Part shown: in pieces, positions 26,095 through 33,630 of the stretch
How positions within the stretch are numbered: the first letter of the stretch is position 1
How the letters are laid out: every line of letters starts with the position of its first letter
IMG/VR virus record: IMGVR_UViG_2541047937_000003
Coordinates: 1-33,630 of that record
Origin: a virus
Lineage: Duplodnaviria; Heunggongvirae; Uroviricota; Caudoviricetes
Direction: 5' to 3' (one strand)
Length of the DNA: 33,630 nt
The notes under the pieces: generated by a model
Seen by the model: only the letters and a program-made list of their open reading frames with translations
Database searches by the model: none
Told to the model about the DNA's origin: nothing
Position numbers and translations under genes: made by a program

Positions 26095-26787
26095 ATGAAC
26101 ATAGGAAACCGAGTCAGACAACTTCGCCAAGCGAAGAACATGAAAATCGCCGATCTCGCTGAAGCGATAGGAGTAGATGCGGCGAACATCTCGCGCTTAG
26201 AAACGGGTAAGCAAAAACAATTTACCGAACAAACACTGAGTAATATTGCCAAGAGCTTAGGTGTTGATATTGCTGATCTCTTTACCTCTGCCCACAAAAG
26301 TAATACTGTATATAAAAACAGTAATAATGAGGATGTTGCGCAGGTGAAGGATGTGTTCCGTATTGAAATGCTGGATATCAGTGCCAGTGCGGGAAATGGC
26401 CTTATCCAGGGCGGTGATGTCATTGATGTGATTCATGCCATCGAATACAGAACTGATAATGCTGTATCAATGTTCGGCGGACGACCAGCCAATCACATCA
26501 AAGTTATCAACGTTCGTGGGGACAGTATGTGTCCAACCATTGAGCCAGGAGATCTCATCTTCGTTGATGTCAGCATCAATCAGTTTGATGGTGATGGTAT
26601 ATATGTCTTTGGTTTTGATGACAAAATATACGTTAAAAGACTTCAAATGATTCCTGACAAACTGCTGGTGATTTCTGATAACCAGATTTACCGTGAATGG
26701 GGAATTACTAGCGAAAACGAACACCGATTCATGGTCTTTGGAAAGGTCTTAATCAGTCAGTCGCAAACCCTTAAGAGACATAATTAA
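26095..26787 (+). CDS. cI-type repressor with S24 peptidase domain (mirror copy of 6844..7536)
   Basis: Identical translation on opposite strand. Confidence 0.8.
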   Translation: MNIGNRVRQLRQAKNMKIADLAEAIGVDAANISRLETGKQKQFTEQTLSNIAKSLGVDIADLFTSAHKSNTVYKNSNNEDVAQVKDVFRIEMLDISASAGNGLIQGGDVIDVIHAIEYRTDNAVSMFGGRPANHIKVINVRGDSMCPTIEPGDLIFVDVSINQFDGDGIYVFGFDDKIYVKRLQMIPDKLLVISDNQIYREWGITSENEHRFMVFGKVLISQSQTLKRHN

Positions 26788-26841
26788 CCTCAATATCCCA
26801 TCCATCGGCCACCGAAAGGTGGCTTTTTATTACCTATAAAT

Positions 26842-26878
26842 TTGCATATCTCGCAAATACCACTTGCATATCTCGCAA
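26842..26878. promoter_or_regulatory. two tandem 15-bp operators (mirror copy of 6753..6789)
   Basis: TTGCATATCTCGCAA at 26842..26856 and 26864..26878. Confidence 0.55.
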
Positions 26879-27126
26879 TTTAATTTTATCTTTTGTTCCA
26901 GACCAACTACAGGATTACAACAAAATCTGGTTGCAACACGGTGCATGTGTCGTAAGCAGTCAGTAAATGTCAAAAACGAACAGGCAGGACGCCCACGAAG
27001 TAGCCGCCTGGGGCATATGAAGTCCAGGATGATTCGTTAGCAACAAAAAAGCGCCCTACAGGACGCTTAGCTCTTTAACAATCTGGTCCCCATCAACAAG
27101 TAACTGATAACTTGAGGAGATGTGAA

Positions 27127-27333
27127 ATGCACAAAACAGAACCCAAAATCGTCGCGCCTGGCTACACAGATGAGGAAATTTATGAGTGGATGACAAAGAA
27201 GCTGGCAGCTATAAACCAGCTTCGTGAAGTGCTGTCTTATCGACAGGAAACAATAGACTCCTTAAAAAAACTGGATCAGGAAATCACGGTTTTATCACAG
27301 GATGTTACTTTAGATATTGTGCAGACAAATTAG
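27127..27333 (+). CDS. small hypothetical protein, 68 aa (mirror copy of 6298..6504)
   Basis: ATG at 27127 with GAGGAG RBS. Confidence 0.4.
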   Translation: MHKTEPKIVAPGYTDEEIYEWMTKKLAAINQLREVLSYRQETIDSLKKLDQEITVLSQDVTLDIVQTN

Positions 27334-27739
27334 GATCCCATTCATTTTCGTCAAAATCATCAAAGTGATGAATTTGTGATCTCCAGTCTCGATAATCTAA
27401 AAATTTCTGGGCGGTTACGCTTATTTTATCAAGTGTGAGTTCATCCTGAATTGAAAGAAGAAGTTCATCAAATTTCATCTCATTAATCTGTTTTGGCATC
27501 CAGTGATGCTTCATCAGAATAAGGTGAACCAGAGCCTTTTTCCCATTCAACTGATTATAGGGAGTGCCGAATTTCTTCCGGTGCTCATGTAAGACAAGGT
27601 CCAGAAGAGTAAGTAATGTTGCCCTTGATTCAACTTTGCTTATTTCGACTGATGACACTACCCCACTGATTTCAATGCCCCGATACTTTCCAACATTTTC
27701 ACAGTGGGATTTGTACAGCGTATAGATATTACCGGACAT
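27305..27739 (-). CDS. AT-rich accessory protein, 144 aa (mirror copy of 5892..6326)
   Basis: Identical translation on opposite strand. Confidence 0.55.
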   Translation of the reverse strand: MSGNIYTLYKSHCENVGKYRGIEISGVVSSVEISKVESRATLLTLLDLVLHEHRKKFGTPYNQLNGKKALVHLILMKHHWMPKQINEMKFDELLLSIQDELTLDKISVTAQKFLDYRDWRSQIHHFDDFDENEWDPNLSAQYLK

Positions 27740-28207
27740 TTCTTTTCCTTTTGCGTTGTTGGGGATAACCAGATTAACCGAATCCTTGTTGTTGGGGAAT
27801 AACTAGGTCCACCTCGCCTGATGTGGCTAAAAGCAGGCACATAACAGCTAAGTATTTTCAACCAGAGAGAATCCTTAGCGTTGTGGTGAATGCGGCTCAG
27901 CGCACGCGGGTTAAGGTTGAGGCTGACAGTCGACCTTCTGTGGATACCCACCCGCCTGGTGTGCAACCTTCGCCAGGCACCGGGAGGCACCCGGCACCAC
28001 AACTTTATGCTGTGTGTAGTCTTGGCGGTACCAGCTTGTACCCTTGCTTCCGGCTGGTACCGTCCTTTTTACAAAACAGAGAAGAGCATCACCGGACGAC
28101 GGGCTCATAACCCAATCCATCCGGGCGGCAGCCACCGCAGGTGTTCTTCTCTGTTTTGTGGAGAAACTAACCGACCTTGCAGGGTCGATATGATGAGGAG
28201 CAGCAAA

Positions 28208-28570
28208 ATGGCTAGCGAACGCAGTACTGATGTGCAGGCATTTATCGGGGAGCTGGACGGCGGCGTATTTGAAACCAAAATCGGCGCAGTTCTCAGTGAA
28301 GTCGCTTCCGGTGTGATGAACACGAAAACCAAAGGTAAGGTCTCGCTCAACCTGGAAATCGAACCGTTTGATGAGAACCGAGTGAAAATCAAACACAAAC
28401 TCTCATATGTTCGCCCGACTAACCGCGGGAAAATTTCCGAAGAAGACACCACCGAAACGCCGATGTATGTCAATCGCGGTGGTCGCCTGACTATTCTGCA
28501 GGAAGACCAGGGACAGTTGCTGACTCTTGCCGGTGAACCTGACGGAAAACTCCGCGCAGCAGGTCGTTAA
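28208..28570 (+). CDS. hypothetical protein, 120 aa, YfdP-like (mirror copy of 5061..5423)
   Basis: ATG at 28208 preceded by GAGGAG. Confidence 0.55.
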   Translation: MASERSTDVQAFIGELDGGVFETKIGAVLSEVASGVMNTKTKGKVSLNLEIEPFDENRVKIKHKLSYVRPTNRGKISEEDTTETPMYVNRGGRLTILQEDQGQLLTLAGEPDGKLRAAGR

Positions 28571-28635
28571 TATCGTTTTTAATTAACTGATTATTTATCT
28601 CATCACTGAATATCTTTATATAGTGAGGACTTATT

Positions 28636-29460
28636 ATGTCTCAGAACTTAGACGCAACCGCAATTAATCAAATCCATGCCCTTATTTCTGCTCAGGGTGT
28701 TAATGAAATTATCAGTAAGATTGGTGCCGATGCTGTGGCATTGCCTGAGAATTTCCGCATTCATGATCTGGAAAAATTTAATTTAAATCGCTTCCGTTTC
28801 CGTGGTGCGCTTTCCACTGCCAGCATCGATGACTTTACCCGTTATTCTAAAGATCTTGCAGATGAAGGCACCCGCTGCTTTATCGATGCTGATAATATGC
28901 GTGCCGTCAGTGTGCTTAACCTGGGTACTATTGATGAACCAGGTCACGCAGATAACACCGCCACACTCAAACTGAAAAAGACAGCACCGTTCTCTGCTCT
29001 GTTGTCTGTTAACGGCGAGCGTAACTCCCAGAAGTCACTGGCAGAATGGATTGAAGACTGGGCCGACTACCTTGTGGGCTTTGATGCTAATGGTGACGCC
29101 ATTCAGGCAACAAAAGCGGCTGCGGCAATCCGTAAAATCACGATTGAAGCAAACCAGACCGCTGATTTTGAAGATAATGACTTCAGCGGCAAACGCTCCC
29201 TGATGGAATCTGTCGAAGCGAAGACCAAAGACATTATGCCAGTGGCATTTGAATTTAAATGCGTTCCGTTTGAAGGTCTGAAAGAACGTCCGTTTAAATT
29301 ACGCCTCAGCATTATCACTGGCGATCGTCCTGTACTGGTTCTGCGCATTATTCAGCTGGAAGCAGTGCAGGAAGATATGGCTAACGAATTTCGTGATCTG
29401 CTTGTTGAGAAATTCAAAGACAGCAAAGTAGAAACCTTTATTGGTACTTTCACCGCCTGA
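28636..29460 (+). CDS. YfdQ-like protein (mirror copy of 4171..4995)
   Basis: Identical translation on opposite strand. Confidence 0.55.
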
Positions 29461-29587
29461 TTTCATTACTGCAAATGCCCCTGCGGGGGCATTTATGGAA
29501 ACGTAATTAACTCAATAATCACCGGATGGTGAGGGCTTCCTTTTACCCAAACTCAGCGCGGTGCAGCGCATATACGTGGAGAACAAA

Positions 29588-30124
29588 ATGTCATTTATTA
29601 AAACTTTTTCCGGGAAGCATTTTTATTATGACAGGATAAATAAAGACGACATCGTTATTAACGATATCGCGATTTCCCTTTCAAATATCTGTCGCTTTGC
29701 AGGACATCTTTCACACTTCTACAGTGTCGCCCAACATGCGGTGCTTTGCAGCCAGCTGGTGCCACAGGAATTTGCTTTTGAAGCTTTAATGCATGATGCA
29801 ACAGAAGCATATTGCCAGGACATCCCCGCACCACTGAAACGACTTCTTCCTGACTATAAACGGATGGAAGAAAAAATAGACGCCGTAATCCGTGAGAAAT
29901 ACGGGTTACCTCCTGTTATGAGCACGCCAGTGAAATATGCCGATCTCATTATGCTGGCAACCGAACGCCGCGATCTCGGGCTTGATGATGGCTCTTTCTG
30001 GCCTGTACTGGAAGGTATCCCGGCAACAGAGATGTTCAAAGTGATTCCACAGGCACCGGGCCATGCCTACGGGATGTTTATGGAACGTTTTAACGAGTTA
30101 TCGGAGTTACGCAAATGCGCATGA
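29588..30124 (+). CDS. HD-domain phosphohydrolase, YfdR-like (mirror copy of 3507..4043)
   Basis: Mirror copy. Confidence 0.6.
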   Translation: MSFIKTFSGKHFYYDRINKDDIVINDIAISLSNICRFAGHLSHFYSVAQHAVLCSQLVPQEFAFEALMHDATEAYCQDIPAPLKRLLPDYKRMEEKIDAVIREKYGLPPVMSTPVKYADLIMLATERRDLGLDDGSFWPVLEGIPATEMFKVIPQAPGHAYGMFMERFNELSELRKCA

Positions 30125-30477
30125 ATGTTTTCGAAATGGAAGGGTTTCTTCGTGGGAGATGTGTACCGCGAGATCTGAAAGTGAATGAAACAGATGCTGA
30201 ATACCTGGTGCGTAAATTCGATGCGCTTGAAGCTAAATGTGCAGCACAGGAAAACAAAGTAATACCAGTGTCAACTGAACTGCCACCAGCAAATGAAAGT
30301 GTTTTGTTATTCGATGCTAACGGAGAAGGCTGGCTAATTGGCTGGCGTTCTCTCTGGTACACCTGGGGACAAAAAGAAACCGGAGAATGGCAGTGGACAT
30401 TTCAGGTCGGGGACCTTGAAAACGTCAATATCACTCACTGGGCAGTAATGCCAAAAGCACCGGAGGCTGGAGCATAA
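30115..30477 (+). CDS. DUF551-like protein (mirror copy of 3154..3516)
   Basis: Identical translation on opposite strand. Confidence 0.5.
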   Translation: MRMNVFEMEGFLRGRCVPRDLKVNETDAEYLVRKFDALEAKCAAQENKVIPVSTELPPANESVLLFDANGEGWLIGWRSLWYTWGQKETGEWQWTFQVGDLENVNITHWAVMPKAPEAGA

Positions 30478-30782
30478 TGACCACTTTTACCGACAAAGAA
30501 CTGATTAAAGAAATTAAAGAGCGTATCAGCAGCCTTGACGTGCGAGACGATATTGAGCGCCGTGCTTATGAAATCGCACTCCTATCTCTGGAAGTAGAAC
30601 CAGATGAACGCGAAGCTTATGAATTATTCATGGAAAAGCGTTTCGGTGACTTAGTAGATCGTCGGAGAGCAAAAAACGGCGATAACGAATACATGGCATG
30701 GGATATGACTCTCGGTTGGATCGTCTGGCAGCAACGAGCAGGTATCCATTTTTCAACAATGTCACAACAAGAGGTGAAATAA
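30477..30782 (+). CDS. hypothetical protein, 101 aa (mirror copy of 2849..3154)
   Basis: Identical translation on opposite strand. Confidence 0.5.
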   Translation: MTTFTDKELIKEIKERISSLDVRDDIERRAYEIALLSLEVEPDEREAYELFMEKRFGDLVDRRRAKNGDNEYMAWDMTLGWIVWQQRAGIHFSTMSQQEVK

Positions 30783-31132
30783 TGGAGCCATACAGCCTCA
30801 CACTCGATGAGGCCTGTCATTTTCTCAAGATATCCAGACCGACTGCCATTAACTGGATACGCACGGGGCGTCTTCAGGCAACACGCAAAGATCCCACTAA
30901 GAATAAATCTCCTTACCTCACAACACGACAAGCCTGCATTGCGGCTCTTCAGTCTCCGCTGCATACTGTCCAGGTGAGCGCGGGTGATGGCATAACAGAG
31001 GAAAGAAAATGTCACTCTTCCGCAGAGGTGAAATATGGTACGCCAGTTTCACATTGCCGAACGGTAAAAGATTTAAACAGTCTCTTGGAACAAAGGACAA
31101 AAGGCAGGCGACAGAACTCCATGACAAGCTAA
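30782..31132 (+). CDS. AlpA/Xis-like excisionase (mirror copy of 2499..2849)
   Basis: ATG at 30782 overlapping the upstream TAA. Confidence 0.55.
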   Translation: MEPYSLTLDEACHFLKISRPTAINWIRTGRLQATRKDPTKNKSPYLTTRQACIAALQSPLHTVQVSAGDGITEERKCHSSAEVKYGTPVSHCRTVKDLNSLLEQRTKGRRQNSMTS

Positions 31133-32172
31133 AGGCTGAAGCATGGCGGGTCAGCAAACTTGGTGAAATACCTGATATAACGTTCGAGGAAGCGTGTGTC
31201 AGGTGGCTTGAAGAGAAAGCACATAAAAAATCACTGGACGATGACAAAAGCCGGATCGGATTCTGGCTTCAACATTTCGCAGGAATGCAACTAAGAGACA
31301 TTACTGAATCAAAAATTTATTCAGCAATGCAGAAAATGACAAACCGGCGTCATGAGGAAAACTGGAAACTCAGGGCAGAAGCATGCAGAAAAAAAGGGAA
31401 ACCTGTTCCAGAATACACGCCAAAACCAGCGTCCGTTGCAACGAAGGCTACGCATCTTTCATTTATAAAGGCCCTACTAAGAGCCGCAGAGCGTGAATGG
31501 AAAATGCTGGATAAGGCACCAATTATTAAAGTGCCTCAACCAAAGAATAAACGGATCCGCTGGCTGGAGCCCCATGAAGCACAAAGGCTGATTGATGAAT
31601 GTCCGGAGCCATTAAAGTCTGTTGTTGAATTTGCACTGGCAACAGGCTTAAGACGCTCGAACATCATCAACCTTGAATGGCAACAAATAGATATGCAGCG
31701 CCGGGTGGCATGGATAAACCCGGAAGAGAGTAAATCAAACCGCGCAATTGGCGTTGCGCTGAATGATACTGCATGTCGCGTATTGAAAAAACAAATCGGG
31801 AATCATCACCGTTGGGTATTTGTGTACAAGGAAAGCTGTACCAAACCAGACGGAACGAAAGCGCCAACAGTAAGGAAGATGCGGTATGACGCAAACACAG
31901 CCTGGAAAGCGGCGCTGAGACGGGCTGGTATTGATGATTTCAGATTTCACGACTTGAGACACACCTGGGCAAGTTGGCTGGTTCAAGCCGGAGTCCCGTT
32001 GTCAGTGTTACAGGAAATGGGAGGCTGGGAGTCTATCGAAATGGTTCGTCGATATGCTCACCTTGCACCTAATCACCTTACCGAACACGCACGGCAAATA
32101 GACTCGATCCTGAACCCATCGGTCCCAAATTTGTCCCAGTCAAAAAATAAGGAAGGTACTAATGATGTGTAA
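31009..32172 (+). CDS. phage integrase, tyrosine recombinase (mirror copy of 1459..2622)
   Basis: Identical translation on opposite strand. Confidence 0.85.
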   Translation: MSLFRRGEIWYASFTLPNGKRFKQSLGTKDKRQATELHDKLKAEAWRVSKLGEIPDITFEEACVRWLEEKAHKKSLDDDKSRIGFWLQHFAGMQLRDITESKIYSAMQKMTNRRHEENWKLRAEACRKKGKPVPEYTPKPASVATKATHLSFIKALLRAAEREWKMLDKAPIIKVPQPKNKRIRWLEPHEAQRLIDECPEPLKSVVEFALATGLRRSNIINLEWQQIDMQRRVAWINPEESKSNRAIGVALNDTACRVLKKQIGNHHRWVFVYKESCTKPDGTKAPTVRKMRYDANTAWKAALRRAGIDDFRFHDLRHTWASWLVQAGVPLSVLQEMGGWESIEMVRRYAHLAPNHLTEHARQIDSILNPSVPNLSQSKNKEGTNDV

Positions 32173-32186
32173 CTTATTGATTTTAA

Positions 32187-32262
32187 TGGTGCCGATAATA
32201 GGAGTCGAACCTACGACCTTCGCATTACGAATGCGCTGCTCTACCAACTGAGCTATATCGGC
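32187..32262 (-). tRNA. thrW: tRNA-Thr (CGU), second copy (mirror of 1369..1444)
   Basis: Reverse complement of the left-arm tRNA. Confidence 0.9.
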
Positions 32263-32376
32263 CCTGAAAGGACATGTTCACGAACGTGAATCACGGTGGA
32301 CAAGGTTAAAACTAACCGGGCGATGCGTCAATGGCCTTGTGAATCAAATGGCTACTTTTGCATCACCCGGTTTTAT

Positions 32377-33630
32377 TTACGCACGAATGGTGTAATCACC
32401 AATGCCGATCCACTTGTAAGTGGTCAGTGCTTCCAGCCCCATTGGGCCACGCGCGTGGAGTTTTTGTGTGCTTACCGCCACTTCCGCACCCAGACCAAAC
32501 TGGCCGCCGTCGGTAAAACGCGTAGAGGCGTTAACGTAAACAGCGGACGAATCCACTTCGTTAACAAAACGCTGGGCGTTGCGCATATCGCGGGTCAGGA
32601 TCGCATCGGAGTGTTGTGTGCCGTGTTCACGAATATGGGCGATGGCATCGTCAAGATCGCTGACGATTTTGACGTTCAAATCTAATGACAGAAACTCATC
32701 GTCATACTCTTCGGCTTTAACAGCAACCACCTTCGCAGGGCCTGCCTGCAACTGCGCCAGTGCAGCTGCATCTGCGTGTAATGTCACGCCGCTTTCCGCC
32801 ATTTGTTTGCTTAATGCGGGCAGGAAGCTATCGGCGATGTTTTTATTCACCAGCAACGTTTCAACCGTATTACATGTGCTCGGACGCTGAGTTTTCGCGT
32901 TGACGATCACTTTTAATGCTTCAGCGATCTCTACACTTTCATCAACGTAAATATGGCATACGCCTATACCACCTGTGATCACCGGGATTGTCGACTGTTC
33001 ACGGCACAGTTTATGCAAACCAGCGCCACCACGCGGGATCAGCATGTCGATGTATTTATCCATACGCAGCATTTCACTGACCAGCGCACGGTCAGGATTA
33101 TCAATCGCCTGCACGGCACCCGCCGGTAAGCCGCAGGATTTCAGGGCGTCCTGAATCACCGCCACCGTTGCAGCGTTAGTGCGACACGTTTCTTTGCCAC
33201 CGCGCAGGATCACCGCATTACCGGTTTTCAGGCACAGCGAAGCGACATCAACCGTCACGTTCGGGCGCGCTTCATAAATCACGCCAATAACCCCCAGCGG
33301 TACGCGACGACGCTCAAGACGCAGGCCGCTGTCCAGTACGCCGCCATCGATTACCTGCCCCACCGGATCGGCGAGGTTGCACACCTGACGTACATCGTCG
33401 GCAATGCCTTTCAGCCGTGCGGGCGTCAGTGCCAGACGGTCAAGCATCGCTTCGCTAAGGCCATTGGCTCGCGCGTCAGCAACATCCTGGGCGTTAGCGT
33501 TGAGGATGATTTCGCTTTGTGCTTCCAGTTCATCGGCGATTTTTTCCAGCACGCGATTTTTTTCGCGGCTGGAGAGTTGCGCTAATTTATACGAGGCTTG
33601 CTTCGCGGCAATGCCCATTTGTTCCAGCAT
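32377..33630 (-). CDS. proA: gamma-glutamyl phosphate reductase ProA, second copy (mirror of 1..1254)
   Basis: Identical 417-aa translation on opposite strand; window ends exactly at its start codon. Confidence 0.9.

Larger units (their letters stand above)
17795..33630. repeat. right arm of window-wide inverted repeat (reverse complement of 1..15836)
   Basis: Mirror copy; includes second proA and second tRNA-Thr. Confidence 0.85.

Noticed and set aside
1-33630. Serine invertase (pin/gin/hin-like) gene expected next to the invertible segment
   Set aside because: No ORF on either strand has a resolvase/invertase-like N-terminus or length; the invertase is absent from this window.
1-33630. 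Terminase large subunit, portal, capsid, tail, N-type antiterminator, IS transposases, attR copy of the tRNA 3' end
   Set aside because: Looked for by translation pattern and position; none found. The prophage's right boundary cannot be defined because the sequence beyond the invertible segment is a mirror of the left arm.

Overview
The window is a 33.6-kb near-perfect palindrome. Positions 1..15836 and 17795..33630 are reverse complements of each other; only the central ~1.96 kb (15837..17794) is unique. All protein and family identifications below come from reading the translations and from memory of the families; no database search or computation was run.

Left arm: enterobacterial chromosome (complete proA, tRNA-Thr thrW) followed by a defective lambdoid prophage integrated at the tRNA. 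It carries integrase and excisionase, a five-gene early-left module whose lengths and order resemble YfdP-YfdQ-YfdR-YfdS-YfdT of CPS-53, an immunity region (LexA-type cI repressor, cro, 15-bp operators on both sides of cI), an O-like replication gene with embedded iterons, RusA, a KilA-N protein, a Zn-finger protein in the Q position, an AT-rich moron, a lysis cassette (holin, lambda-R-like endolysin, Rz/Rz1), a reverse-strand AT-rich moron, an HNH endonuclease and a P27-type terminase small subunit. There are no large terminase, portal, capsid or tail genes: terS runs straight into a tail-fibre 3' fragment.

Centre: a Mu-G / e14-P-like invertible tail-fibre segment with two alternative fibre C-termini and two tail-fibre assembly genes arranged tail-to-tail, bounded by 26-bp gix/hix-like crossover sites. 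No serine invertase gene is present in the window.

Right arm: a mirror copy of every left-arm feature. The palindrome is most simply explained as a fold-back assembly artefact at the invertible segment, though a real inverted duplication cannot be excluded from sequence alone.

The most promising candidates for undescribed functions are the three AT-rich accessory loci: a 261-aa protein between Q and the holin (R-x4-H motif), a 124-aa reverse-strand gene between Rz1 and HNH, and a 144-aa/68-aa convergent pair next to a GC-rich structured leader.
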